A stretch of 64,000 nucleotides of DNA from Nanobdellota archaeon (GTDB taxonomy: Archaea; Nanobdellota; Nanobdellia; Woesearchaeales; GW2011-AR4), in the NCBI GenBank assembly GCA_038046385.1, contig JBBSWH010000009.1, positions 47,039-111,038 on the forward strand, in the 5' to 3' direction. Positions within the stretch are counted from its first letter, which is position 1, and every line of letters starts with the position of its first letter. The position numbers and the translations under genes are program-made. Below, one piece after another: positions 1 to 10,120 of the stretch. The notes beneath the pieces were generated by a model that was given only the letters and a program-made list of their open reading frames with translations, searched no databases and was not told the origin of the DNA.

Positions 1-409
1 GGAAAGAAGAAAGTATTGCAGGCAAAAATCCATACAGGCTTCTTATAACAAAAAACAAGGATACCAATATCGCTGTTGCAAATATTGCATTGGTAAGGTA
101 AACAGGAACAACCCTTTCAGGAGCAAATGATGATATTATTGCAAGGTCTGTGTGAAAAGGAGGAGGGTACCATAATGTATGCGGCCTGAATGAATTCTGG
201 CCGCCATAAGAATAATCTATAAAAGGGGGAAGATCTATAAATGTTTTATCTGTCTCGGCAATATAATCTGACAGTTCCCAGTGGGAGATTGCATCAAACT
301 CTCCGTAAGGGGTCCTGTTTTTCTGGAAAGGCAATGTCCACATGTATAATGCAAAAAGATAAACTGCAAGAAAGATTATAGACTCTACATGGCTTTTTTT
401 TATCTTCAT
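1..409 (-). CDS. GT-C-fold membrane glycosyltransferase-like protein (5' part; runs off the window edge)
   Basis: Not in the ORF track. Manual translation from ATG at 409 gives MKIKKSHVESIIFLAVYLFALYMWTLPF...GEFDAISHW...YPPPFH... followed by hydrophobic helices. The TM1, acidic loop and YPP pattern is shared with the other GT-C proteins here. Confidence 0.6.
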   Translation of the reverse strand, partial: MKIKKSHVESIIFLAVYLFALYMWTLPFQKNRTPYGEFDAISHWELSDYIAETDKTFIDLPPFIDYSYGGQNSFRPHTLWYPPPFHTDLAIISSFAPERVVPVYLTNAIFATAILVSLFFVIRSLYGFLPAILSSF

Positions 410-410
410 T

Positions 411-1631
411 TTAAATAATCTTTTTTACTGTTTTATATACTTTTTCAACTTCAATGCTTTTGAGGCACAGATTGTCATTGCACGGGCTTAATCTCTGGTT
501 GAATGCAGAAACGCAAGGGCTGCATGCATAATTTGAGTACATGACGGTGCAATTATCAGTCAAAGGCCTGTAAAGCTCCGGTGTTTCAGGCCCAAAAAAC
601 ACAATTATGTGTATATTTGTCAATGACGCAAAATGAGCAGGCCCGCTGTCGTTTGTTATCAATACGCTTCCTATATTGAACAGGTCAACAAGCTGCCTTA
701 AAGTCGTTTTTCCGGTCAAATCAATGACCCTTTTGCTTTTTACATAGCCGGTTATGTACTCTGCATCTGATTTTTCATTTGCCACTCCGGTTATTACAGC
801 ATAGACATCTTTGTCCTCAACTAATTTTTTCACAAGCTTTGCGTAATTTTCCAGTGGCCATTTTCTTATGCTTATCAGCTTGCTGGCATTTGGGTTCACA
901 AGAACAATTTTTTTATTTTCGCTTATTTCCGGATTTATTTCTTTAAGCATTTTCCATATATTCTGCTTTGATTTGCTGTCAGAAACTATTTTTGGCACTT
1001 CAAGTTTTTCATTTGATATGGAAAATTTTGCCATTGGAATTTCGTTTACCGGAGACTGCAAAGAGCTGACCAAAGCAATAAATGAGTGCGCAGTGTGTAT
1101 GTGCGGGTTGTATATCACTTTATGAGTTACAAAATTTCCTATGTAAAGCCCCTCCTGACTGTACCTGTAGAAGCTTACTCTTTTTCCTGCCCCGCTCAAG
1201 TAACCCAGTATTGCGCTGTACCTTGCAAACATTTCTAAATTTATTGCAGTATCAATATTTTTTTGCCTGCATATAATCATAAACTTAATAGTGTCTCTTA
1301 CCAGAGTAAATACTGACTTAACTTCTATAGTTATGACATTTTCTTTCGGCACAACATCAAGCAAATCCATGCTTGCTTCTATATGCTTGAAAAGCAGAAA
1401 GTAAACATTGGAGTTTGGATAATTTTTCTTCAGCTTTTTGATTGCAGGATAAGCCAGAACAGTGCTTCCCATCTCTGCTAACTCTATCAGCAGTATGTTT
1501 TTTGGCTTCTCGCTGTATTTTGGGCTTTTTAATCCAATAAGCCTTTGTACTTTATACATAACTGACAAAATAAAGCATATTGGCATGCCTATCCAATAAT
1601 CAAATCTCCTCATAGTGTTTGGCTCAATCAC
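411..1631 (-). CDS. Glycosyltransferase family 9 (heptosyltransferase-like)
   Basis: Motifs KNILLIELAEMGS, RKWPLENY, DLTGKTTL, ITNDSGPAHFA, FFGP and CSPC...C...C. GTG start with a TATA-like box 23 nt upstream. Confidence 0.88.
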   Translation of the reverse strand: MIEPNTMRRFDYWIGMPICFILSVMYKVQRLIGLKSPKYSEKPKNILLIELAEMGSTVLAYPAIKKLKKNYPNSNVYFLLFKHIEASMDLLDVVPKENVITIEVKSVFTLVRDTIKFMIICRQKNIDTAINLEMFARYSAILGYLSGAGKRVSFYRYSQEGLYIGNFVTHKVIYNPHIHTAHSFIALVSSLQSPVNEIPMAKFSISNEKLEVPKIVSDSKSKQNIWKMLKEINPEISENKKIVLVNPNASKLISIRKWPLENYAKLVKKLVEDKDVYAVITGVANEKSDAEYITGYVKSKRVIDLTGKTTLRQLVDLFNIGSVLITNDSGPAHFASLTNIHIIVFFGPETPELYRPLTDNCTVMYSNYACSPCVSAFNQRLSPCNDNLCLKSIEVEKVYKTVKKII

Positions 1632-1737
1632 TTCAGCTTAAAATCCGAAATTTGTTTTTAAAGGTTTGCTTTGGAAAAGGGGTAATTTGAGCACACTCTA
1701 AAAACATTTTTAAAGCACTGTTCATAAGTTTTAGACT

Positions 1738-2742
1738 ATGAAAATAGCTATTTTGACACCGACTTTTAGCTATCACAGCGGAATAGACAGAGTTGTGCAG
1801 CAGCAGGCAGAAGACTATGCGAGAAAAGGCAGCAAAGTGACTGTTATAGCGCTTGAGGCAGATATAAAGCCGAAAAACTACAGTGTAGAGATTCTCGGCA
1901 CACCAAAAAACCAATTATTGCAGCGCCTTCATAGGCTGCTTTTTTTCCTTGACTTCGGCAAAATGCAATATTACAAGAAACTTGCAGATTATGATCTTGT
2001 GATAAGCCATTTCTATCCAATGAACTGGCTAGCTTACAAAGCAAAAAAACATTTTAAAGTCAAATATTTTTATTTTAATCACGGCATAAACACAGAAGAG
2101 CTTGGAAGCCCTCTGCAGAAAGTTTACATGAAATTATTTTCTTTTTTCAATAACATCACACTGAAAAACGTAGATGAAGCGTTTTCCGTGAGCAAATATG
2201 TTCAACAATCTTTGAAAAAAGAATCAGGGATGGACAGCAAAGTTGTTTACAACAAAATTGACACTCAAAAATTCAATCCAAAAGTAAGCGGAGACAAGAT
2301 AAGAAAAAAATACAATATTCAATCTAAAAAAGTGCTGCTGTATGTCGGCAGGATTGCTCCGCATAAGGGCATTCACCTCCTTATCGAAGCGTTCAAAGTC
2401 ATTAAATCAAAGATTCCAGATGCTGTACTTCTTATTGTTGGCAAGCCGACATTTAGCAATTATTTCAACAAACTAAAAAAAACTGCAGGAGATGGAGTTG
2501 TATTTGCAGGATTTGTTGCTGATAAGGATTTGCCAAATTACTATGCAGCATGCGATGTTTATGCGACAGCATCATTATGGGAGGGATTTGATTTGCCGGC
2601 AGCAGAGGCACAGGCCTGCGGGAAAAGAGTTGTTGCATTCAATATAGGATCACATCCGGAGATAGTAAAGAATGGAATTCTCGTTGAAAAAGCCAACGCG
2701 GAGAATTTTTCAAATGCCGTAATTAAACTGCTTTCACTATAG
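1738..2742 (+). CDS. Glycosyltransferase family 4
   Basis: Motifs YVGRIAPHKG and EGFDLPAAEAQACG (ExF-x7-E). Confidence 0.92.
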   Translation: MKIAILTPTFSYHSGIDRVVQQQAEDYARKGSKVTVIALEADIKPKNYSVEILGTPKNQLLQRLHRLLFFLDFGKMQYYKKLADYDLVISHFYPMNWLAYKAKKHFKVKYFYFNHGINTEELGSPLQKVYMKLFSFFNNITLKNVDEAFSVSKYVQQSLKKESGMDSKVVYNKIDTQKFNPKVSGDKIRKKYNIQSKKVLLYVGRIAPHKGIHLLIEAFKVIKSKIPDAVLLIVGKPTFSNYFNKLKKTAGDGVVFAGFVADKDLPNYYAACDVYATASLWEGFDLPAAEAQACGKRVVAFNIGSHPEIVKNGILVEKANAENFSNAVIKLLSL

Positions 2743-2797
2743 AGAATTTTGAATCTAATATATAATCCAGATAGGTTATTCAAAGTTCTCTATAATT

Positions 2798-3511
2798 TTA
2801 TATTTTTTTTATATTTTCCATCCATAGGATTATTCTTAGCATTATTAAGTCAGAAAATGCCTTGAAAGTCCTCAATACTATGCTTTTTTTCCTTTTTCTT
2901 TCTTCATGCACTATTATATCTCTTTCTATTATCCTAAGATTGCGGTACTGGGCTCTGATTATGACCTCGCTTGAAAATACCGATCTTCCCATAACTGCGA
3001 GTTTTATTATATTGGCTACCTTTTTCCTATTATAGACTATTAAACTATGGGTGTCAGTCACTTTCAGCCCGAAAAGCGTTTTAAGCGCAAAATTATATCC
3101 GTGAGATATCACTCTTCTGAATATCGGCCTTTGGTCGCAGCCCGGCCTTGACTTGGTTCCGACTACAATATCATTTTTCTTGAGCAGGGGCATTGAGGAT
3201 TTTATGAATTCTACATCATACCAGTCCACAGAGGCGTTCGCAAGATATTTTCCGGTTGCACTCAGATAACCCTGCCTGAGCGCTTTTCCAATGTTAGCTT
3301 CTGCAATGCTGCTTACTTTTATTTCCGGCCGCTTGATTTCAATCCTGCGGAGAATCTCAAGCGTTCTGTCGCTGCTCCCGTTTTCAGAGCATATTATTTC
3401 AAACGAGTTTCCAAAAACACCCTTCATTTTTTTGTCTATATCCAGTATTATCTTTTCAACGATTTTTTCCTCGTTGTGAATTGGTATAACCAAAGAAATT
3501 TTAGGTTTCAT
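2798..3511 (-). CDS. Glycosyltransferase family 2 (polyprenol-phosphate glycosyltransferase-like)
   Basis: Motifs ISLVIPIHNEE, ENGSSDRT, DIVVGTK and VTDT. The DxD region is degenerate (ASVDWYD). Confidence 0.85.
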   Translation of the reverse strand: MKPKISLVIPIHNEEKIVEKIILDIDKKMKGVFGNSFEIICSENGSSDRTLEILRRIEIKRPEIKVSSIAEANIGKALRQGYLSATGKYLANASVDWYDVEFIKSSMPLLKKNDIVVGTKSRPGCDQRPIFRRVISHGYNFALKTLFGLKVTDTHSLIVYNRKKVANIIKLAVMGRSVFSSEVIIRAQYRNLRIIERDIIVHEERKRKKSIVLRTFKAFSDLIMLRIILWMENIKKI

Positions 3512-3538
3512 TTTTTATCCGCTCATAGCATGAATTTC

Positions 3539-4552
3539 CTAAACGGCTTTTAAACTTTGCTGTTGTTTTTTTTCTGCAAGAAGAAGGAAAAGAGGCAGAA
3601 TCCCTGTAATTGCGAACAGCATTAAGGACAAGGTATGGACAGCAACCGCATAGGCAACCGCGCTGCTCTGGCCTATTCCGAATGAGATAAGCGGAAGGGC
3701 TATTCCGGTCTCATAAGTCCCGAAATTCGCAATTCCCTGCAATGGAATCACAACCGCAAAGCCCAGCACAACAAGTACAATTATAGATTGTATTATGCCA
3801 AGGGAGCCCAGGTTGACGCTCCTGAAAAGCGCCAGGAGCAGCAAAGCCTGCAGTGCCCATATCAGAATGCTAATGACTGCAACTCTGAATAGCACAATAG
3901 CCCCGAGCTTTGAGAAAGACTCTACAGATATTCTTAGCCTTTTAAGCACATAATCGGCTGCTTTTATTTTGTAGAAGGGAGTTTTCCTTATTACTGCCTT
4001 TAGCATCCCCAATGCCCATTTTCCCCTCGTAATCAGCAAAAAGAGCAGTGTTATCATCGCTAAAACAACTATTGCAAGCGGCACTTTGACAGAATTAATT
4101 AAAAGATTATTCGAAGGAAAAGCCAAAACTGCCATCAAAAAAAGAATGCCAAGAGATATGAAATCAAAAATTCTTGACGCTGCCCAGCTGACTATTCTTT
4201 CTCCTGTTTTGAGCCCGCCTCTTTTTCTGGTCAACAGCAAGTATGAAATTTCTCCAGACTTAAGCGGCATTACATTTGAAAGGAAATTGTAGGAAGCAGT
4301 TATCTTGAACAGCTCTGCAAAAGGAATATCTTTGGTGAGAAGCATTCGGAATCGAAATGTCTTAAGGATTAAAATGCCAGTGTACATAACAAGGCACAGG
4401 GCAAAAAATGGAAAAGATAATTGGGAAAGAATATTCGCTATTGTATGAATATCTGTTTTTGAAAAAAGGTAAATAAATAATATAATGCTCCCAATCATGC
4501 TGGCCAATATTTTTATTTTATGCGTCAATTCAGTTTGCACCTTATTTTTCAT
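3539..4552 (-). CDS. Lysylphosphatidylglycerol-synthase TM-domain / UPF0104 flippase-like membrane protein
   Basis: Multi-TM protein with FRFR, SNVMPLKSGE, RIFD and IPLQGIANFGTYE motifs typical of this family. It lies next to a GT2. Confidence 0.8.
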   Translation of the reverse strand: MKNKVQTELTHKIKILASMIGSIILFIYLFSKTDIHTIANILSQLSFPFFALCLVMYTGILILKTFRFRMLLTKDIPFAELFKITASYNFLSNVMPLKSGEISYLLLTRKRGGLKTGERIVSWAASRIFDFISLGILFLMAVLAFPSNNLLINSVKVPLAIVVLAMITLLFLLITRGKWALGMLKAVIRKTPFYKIKAADYVLKRLRISVESFSKLGAIVLFRVAVISILIWALQALLLLALFRSVNLGSLGIIQSIIVLVVLGFAVVIPLQGIANFGTYETGIALPLISFGIGQSSAVAYAVAVHTLSLMLFAITGILPLFLLLAEKKQQQSLKAV

Positions 4553-4698
4553 GACAAAGACATATTAGGATAATAATCTATGTTAAGACTGGCAATTGAA
4601 TGCCTGCTAAAAAATAACTTAATTATAAAAATAATAAAACTTAACTTTGTTAATGCAATACTTTTATTCTTATGATTTGATAGGAAAACCATAGACTC

Positions 4699-6360
4699 TT
4701 AGTTTCTGATTACTTTATAGATATAAACCTCATCTTTGCGTTTTGGATCTTCCTCATCGTAAAATTGGCTATAATCTTCTTGGATAGTCGCAATAAGCTT
4801 GAATTTGTCAGGGTTGTTTTTAACATATTCTACAGTTTCAAGCTTATAACGGCTTTTTTGGCCGTAAGTGTAGTAGTATCCGAATATGTAATAGCTTACA
4901 TTATAATATTCAATCATGTAATCTAATTTAGCCGGATCCGGATAAGATCCTACAAGTTTATTGTCTGTCAGGTAGATTAATTTTACTTCATACCCCTGAA
5001 AGCCCATCAACACCGCTTTACTGTCGATATTTTTGTTTATATAATCTATAGTATTCTTGGATGTCGGATAGACATCATTAAAAAAAACAAAGTGCGGATT
5101 ATTTAAAATCCAGAATGGCACCAGCATTAACAGCAAAACAGCTATTACTGCAATAATCTTATCTATCTTTTTGCTTAATCCTAATTTATTTAATAGCAAA
5201 AATAATCCAAGGGCAAGCAGATAATAAAAAGTTATATAGGAGATATACAAATATCTTGGAGAGATATAGGAAGCCTGGAACAGCGGGATAATAAATATGC
5301 TAAAGATTCCAAGCACATATAAATTGCCGTTATTATGGATTTTTCTTTTTCGGATAAAACTAAAAACTAGGTGAAAGATTCCGTAAGATACTATTAATGC
5401 AAGCGGCAGGTAAACCAAAAACATATAGGCAATATGGAACGGGTGCAAGAGATACTTCATTGAACTGAAATTAAGCCCGAGAGGTATGGGGACCGGCTGC
5501 AAATTAAAGAGGTATCCAAAATTAAATGCCAATCTTTTAACTGTCGGAACAGTCCCCTCAGGGAAATCAAAAGAAGAGCTAAAGTCCTTAAAAAATCCAG
5601 GGTAGGTTGCAGATAGCAAGCTTAGGTCATCGGTTTTTATCGGAGTTCCGCCTGGGCCGTTTGGATAGTATTCATATTGGGAATACTGATAGTATTTTAC
5701 AAGAATCCATGAGCCAAAAAATAATGATGTCACTATTAATGGAAGGATTGCATAAGCTATGCTCGTCTTTTTATTTCTAAAGAACAGGTAGGACAATACA
5801 AATGCCGGAAAAAGGAAAAGGGTGTGGTCTGTGGTTATTCCCACCAAGCCGCCAAACAACGAAGAGGCGACAATTGATTTGTGATTGTTGAATTTAAGCC
5901 CCTTAACATAATAATATAGGGCCGACATTATCAGCATAATGGCAAAAGACTCCATTAATACCTGGGTAGAAGCGATTATCAACGGCACAGATAATGTATA
6001 GAATACCAATACCATAAAAGTCAGGTTAAAATTATCAGTCAGCATCATAAAAAATTTATACAAAACAAAGAACAGGATTACTGAAGAAAGAAAACTGACC
6101 AGCATAGCTGCTGTATAGTCCTGCGGAACAAAAAAATCAAATATATGTATGGCATACGGATATAAAGGCGAATGAAGCAGGTACATCTGATCGTTGTATA
6201 ATTTATGATAAGGAAACTGCTTTGCAGTTTCCAGCCATTTATAATTATCAGACCCAAACAAAAAAGTAGGGAAATCCACAAACAATCTCAGAAGAACAAA
6301 TACCAGAAATAATGCAATAAGAAGGTTTCTTTTACTATAAAATGCAGATAATCTTTTCAT
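4699..6360 (-). CDS. GT-C (ArnT/PMT_2, GT39-like) membrane glycosyltransferase
   Basis: TM1 is followed by GSDNYKW and HSPLYP, then about 12 TMs, an RY motif and a soluble C-terminal domain. Confidence 0.75.
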   Translation of the reverse strand: MKRLSAFYSKRNLLIALFLVFVLLRLFVDFPTFLFGSDNYKWLETAKQFPYHKLYNDQMYLLHSPLYPYAIHIFDFFVPQDYTAAMLVSFLSSVILFFVLYKFFMMLTDNFNLTFMVLVFYTLSVPLIIASTQVLMESFAIMLIMSALYYYVKGLKFNNHKSIVASSLFGGLVGITTDHTLFLFPAFVLSYLFFRNKKTSIAYAILPLIVTSLFFGSWILVKYYQYSQYEYYPNGPGGTPIKTDDLSLLSATYPGFFKDFSSSFDFPEGTVPTVKRLAFNFGYLFNLQPVPIPLGLNFSSMKYLLHPFHIAYMFLVYLPLALIVSYGIFHLVFSFIRKRKIHNNGNLYVLGIFSIFIIPLFQASYISPRYLYISYITFYYLLALGLFLLLNKLGLSKKIDKIIAVIAVLLLMLVPFWILNNPHFVFFNDVYPTSKNTIDYINKNIDSKAVLMGFQGYEVKLIYLTDNKLVGSYPDPAKLDYMIEYYNVSYYIFGYYYTYGQKSRYKLETVEYVKNNPDKFKLIATIQEDYSQFYDEEDPKRKDEVYIYKVIRN

Positions 6361-6439
6361 GTAAAAATAAGGATTAACCCAATATAAAAATCTTTTCCTT
6401 TTTTCGGTTTTTCTGAAAATTTTTAGATTTTTGGTAAAT

Positions 6440-7696
6440 CTAATTTATAATTCTTGGCTCAGGCAACGGCACAATGAATTTTCCCTTAAATCCTTTTGCT
6501 TTTAGTTTTGGAATAAGCTCGTCTGCAATATGCCAAGAAAGCAAAAGCGCGTAATCCGGCTGGTCATCAAATAACCTTGATTCCTCTACAACCGGTATTA
6601 ATGTCCCCGGCATGTATTTTCCAGTCTTGTGCGAGCCCTTGACTTCCAGGACACAGTCAATAATCCCGTCATCCAGCCCAACATAATTGATAAGGGTGCT
6701 TGCCCTTGACGGGGCTCCAATTGCATAAATCTTCTGCCCTTTGCCTTTTATCCCGAGCAAAAGCGAATAAAGCTGCATTTTCGACAAAACAACCCTGTTT
6801 TTGAATTCCATCAATTTTTCTTTTTTAAGAACTACATTTTTTTCCTTATCGAGAATTTTTTTAACAGAATCCCTGGCAGGATATATCCCCTTTCTTGATG
6901 CATAAACCATTATTGAGCCGCCGTGAGTAGGAATCTCTTTTGCATGAATCACTTCAAGCCCATGTTTTTCAAGAAGGAACTTCAGGCTGTGCAGAGAATA
7001 ATACCTTAAGTGCTCATGATAAATTGTATCATACTGAAGAGTCTCTATAAGCGGCAGCAGATAATGGGATTCTGAGATGAAAATTCCATCTTTTTCAAGA
7101 ATTTCCAGCACCAGTTCGGTTATTTCATTTATGTTCTCGATATGCGCAAAAACATTTGTAGCTGTTATTGCCTTAGCCTTTCCGTGCTCATTTTTTGCTT
7201 TATCAACAACTTCTTTTCTGAAATAATCAATTATTGTCGGTATTCCTTTTTCAATTGCAATCTTCCCAATCTCTTCAGGGGTTATTCCAAGAACTCTGTG
7301 ATTGCCTTTAAAATTACTCAGGAGGTTTCCGTCATTTGAGCCGATGTCTATGACTAGGTCATTTTTTTGGAGATTTACTATTATTTTGCATTCCTGATAA
7401 AGCTCTGCAAAATTCTCTCTCAATATTTTTGTCGTGCTGCTTGTATAAGGGTAGCTTGCTGGAAACAATATCTTTGGGTCCACTATCAATCCGAGCTGGA
7501 CAAGATGGCAGTTTGTGCAGTATAAGACTTCAGCAGGATAGCTTGGCTGCTCATCCGGCCTTTCGCCTATTGTTCGCATCTGGTTTACAGGCGGCATGTA
7601 GCCAAGGAACATAATAGATTCTAATTGCGTGCTTTCACACACTTGGCACTTTACCACTACAATGCTAGATCCTGAGCCGAAAGCTTTTTTTCCCAT
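6440..7696 (-). CDS. NDP-sugar C-methyltransferase (TcaB9/KijD1/NovU-like)
   Basis: Zn-binding CQVC and CTNC, SAM motif DIGSNDG, catalytic NVFAH and YHEH, PTHGGS, and C-terminal KFIVPLP. Confidence 0.9.
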   Translation of the reverse strand: MGKKAFGSGSSIVVVKCQVCESTQLESIMFLGYMPPVNQMRTIGERPDEQPSYPAEVLYCTNCHLVQLGLIVDPKILFPASYPYTSSTTKILRENFAELYQECKIIVNLQKNDLVIDIGSNDGNLLSNFKGNHRVLGITPEEIGKIAIEKGIPTIIDYFRKEVVDKAKNEHGKAKAITATNVFAHIENINEITELVLEILEKDGIFISESHYLLPLIETLQYDTIYHEHLRYYSLHSLKFLLEKHGLEVIHAKEIPTHGGSIMVYASRKGIYPARDSVKKILDKEKNVVLKKEKLMEFKNRVVLSKMQLYSLLLGIKGKGQKIYAIGAPSRASTLINYVGLDDGIIDCVLEVKGSHKTGKYMPGTLIPVVEESRLFDDQPDYALLLSWHIADELIPKLKAKGFKGKFIVPLPEPRIIN

Positions 7697-7707
7697 AAGA
7701 TTAAGAT

Positions 7708-8247
7708 TTATTTTTTAAAATCCCATACCCCAAGATAATACCTTTTCAATAAATATGTTTTTTCCTGTGCAGGCTCTCCCAAGTATACTCTCAAGGCAGA
7801 AGGGGTTATTGCCCATAAATGCCCCTGTTCCCATATTAAAAACCTGAACAAAGTAAAGAAAGGCTCATTTGGCACAGTGATTATCAGCCTTTTTTTTGTT
7901 ACTCTTTTTAATTCCTGCATCGCTTTAATCGGGTTTTCAACATGCTCTAAAACTTCAGAGCAGATTACATAATCAAAAGAATTGTCTTTGTAAGGGAGCT
8001 TATGGATATCCCCATACTCAACTCCCTCAGAAGGATCAATATCTACAGCCCTGTATTCCATTCCCTTCATCTGCACTTGGTCCTTTAAGTAAGGTGTCCT
8101 GCAGCCAATATCCAATACATTTTTTCCCTTTACGACAAACTCCATTAATTTTCTTCTTCTTATTGTCGATATAGCATCGGATATCAGTCTAAATAACGGA
8201 GTGACTATCTTATATATCAATGGAATTTTTTGTTTACTTTTTACCAT
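7708..8247 (-). CDS. Class I SAM-dependent methyltransferase
   Basis: Motifs VLDIGC, LPYKDNSFD and CSEVLEH. Confidence 0.88.
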   Translation of the reverse strand: MVKSKQKIPLIYKIVTPLFRLISDAISTIRRRKLMEFVVKGKNVLDIGCRTPYLKDQVQMKGMEYRAVDIDPSEGVEYGDIHKLPYKDNSFDYVICSEVLEHVENPIKAMQELKRVTKKRLIITVPNEPFFTLFRFLIWEQGHLWAITPSALRVYLGEPAQEKTYLLKRYYLGVWDFKK

Positions 8248-8307
8248 AAGCTACCTCATAAATATAAATCCTTTTCAGCCCTTCTTGTATAAATCCGGCA
8301 GTTATTT

Positions 8308-9309
8308 TTAAATCTTCCCGCTATTCCAATTTATCTTTCTGGCTTTTTCAGCATTGTCATTATACCATTTGACTGTTCTGGCCAAGCCGTTATCAAAAGA
8401 TATTTTTGGCTTATATCCCATCTTTTTTAATTTTACTATGTCGGGGCATCTTCTTGGAGTGCTTCCCTTCAGAACATCTGAAGGCATAATTTCAACATCT
8501 TTTCCAAAGCATTTTCCGATTTTTTTAGCAACATCTGTAATTGAAATCTCTTCCATTGTCCCTATGTTGTATGTATTAAGATGCATTCCCTTTTTGAGCA
8601 TAATCATAAGGCCGTCTGTAAAGTCATCAATGTAAACAAAAGCCCTTGTCTCTTTTCCGCTGCCCTGTATTGTAAATTTTATTTTTTTTGAAGTGTCCTT
8701 TTTACACAAATCCTTCATTCTCAATGACATTTGCGGTATTACATGCTCCCATCCCATGTCGGGCCCATAAACATTGTGCGGCCTGAAAATCAAAACCCTG
8801 TTAAAATGTTTTCTTCCATAATTTATTGCCATCATCTCGCTTATTATCTTGCCTGCGCCATAAGAATATCTTGGATTGGCAGAGTCTGGCACAACCAAAG
8901 CCGCATTCTCATCTGTAGGCACTTTTTTTGGTGTCTGGTAAACCTCAGAGCTTGAAGCAAGAACAAGCTCCTTAACATTTTCTTTCATACAGCCGTCAAT
9001 TACGTTAATAATCCCCTTTACTCCGACTTCAAGCACGAGTTCCGGCATCTTATAGAAATATTCTGTTCCGTTTATGTAAGCAAGATGTATTACGCTGTCC
9101 ATTCCCCTGCATGCCTTCTGCACTTCATCTGGATTTCTTATGTCTCCTGCAACAAGCTCAATTTTATCCTTGATGCCCGCAAGCCTTGAGGATACACCGC
9201 GTAAATCATTGTCAAATACCCTTACAAAGTTTTTTTCCTTAACGAGCCTTTTTACAAGAGCGCTTCCTATAAAGCCCGTGCCGCCAGTCACTAGATATTT
9301 TTTAGCCAT
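8308..9309 (-). CDS. NAD-dependent nucleotide-sugar epimerase/dehydratase (extended SDR)
   Basis: Motifs TGGTGFIG, SSSEVY, YGAGK and HNVYGP. Confidence 0.92.
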   Translation of the reverse strand: MAKKYLVTGGTGFIGSALVKRLVKEKNFVRVFDNDLRGVSSRLAGIKDKIELVAGDIRNPDEVQKACRGMDSVIHLAYINGTEYFYKMPELVLEVGVKGIINVIDGCMKENVKELVLASSSEVYQTPKKVPTDENAALVVPDSANPRYSYGAGKIISEMMAINYGRKHFNRVLIFRPHNVYGPDMGWEHVIPQMSLRMKDLCKKDTSKKIKFTIQGSGKETRAFVYIDDFTDGLMIMLKKGMHLNTYNIGTMEEISITDVAKKIGKCFGKDVEIMPSDVLKGSTPRRCPDIVKLKKMGYKPKISFDNGLARTVKWYNDNAEKARKINWNSGKI

Positions 9310-9336
9310 CTTATTTTATGTTTTAACTTCATTATT

Positions 9337-10116
9337 CTATCTTGCTGTGCTTTTTGGAATCCTGACTATTGTTTTTTTTATTCCGGTTCTTTTCATGTTT
9401 TTTATTCCCCAGAAAAACCATTTTAAATATTCCTTGAACCACGGACCTAGGGAAAATGTTGAGCTTCCTCCGTAGAGCCGGTCTATTGATACTATCGGAA
9501 CTTCTCCAAGCTTCATGCCGGCAGCCTGCGCTTTTATTGCAAGCTCAAAGACAACTGCCCAGCCTACAGGGCTGGCTTCCAGCCTGATTGTGTTAAATAT
9601 GGATTTTCTGAACATTTTGATTCCCGTAGTTGAGTCTGTAAGAACAGAACCCGACATCAGCCGGAAAATTCTGTTTCCTGCCCTTGACAAAAGCCCCCCG
9701 ATAAAAGATCCTCCAAGGCGCCTGCCTCCGTAAGCGTATCTGGTGCAGCTTACAAGATCGCACCCTTCGTCCATTAATTCAAGCATTTCTTCTATTGCGA
9801 GGGCAGGCCCTACTTCATCGACTGCAAAAATAAGGATATATTTTCCTTTTGCCCTGTTTACTCCGGACCTTATTGCATTTGCAACTCCTCTTCCAAGGCT
9901 GTTATAAACGAGATTTACGTTGCTAAACCTTGGCCTTAGCCTGCTGACTGTGGCAATGCAGTCATCATCTTTTGAATCATAGATAACAAGAATTTCATGG
10001 GGAACCTCTATGACAACAGAGAGTATCTTCAGCATTATCTCTACATTTATGCCTTCATTTCTTACAGGCAATAATATAGACAGCTTAGCTTTTTCCTTCA
10101 CATACTGCATTAACAT
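9337..10116 (-). CDS. Glycosyltransferase family 2 (polyprenol-phosphate glycosyltransferase-like)
   Basis: Motifs SILLPVRNEG, DLVSCTRY and TDSTTG. AVDE stands in place of DxD. A GGTGA SD-like sequence lies immediately upstream. Confidence 0.85.
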   Translation of the reverse strand: MLMQYVKEKAKLSILLPVRNEGINVEIMLKILSVVIEVPHEILVIYDSKDDDCIATVSRLRPRFSNVNLVYNSLGRGVANAIRSGVNRAKGKYILIFAVDEVGPALAIEEMLELMDEGCDLVSCTRYAYGGRRLGGSFIGGLLSRAGNRIFRLMSGSVLTDSTTGIKMFRKSIFNTIRLEASPVGWAVVFELAIKAQAAGMKLGEVPIVSIDRLYGGSSTFSLGPWFKEYLKWFFWGIKNMKRTGIKKTIVRIPKSTAR

Positions 10117-10120
10117 TCAC

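Noticed and set aside
1633-1914. 93-aa minus-strand ORF upstream of the GT9
   Set aside because: It overlaps the GT4 start antisense and the divergent promoter region, and has no motifs.
6395-6440. Possible degenerate fourth twin-hairpin copy (GAAAATTTTTAGATTTTTGG)
   Set aside because: Pairing is too weak to distinguish from T-rich intergenic sequence.
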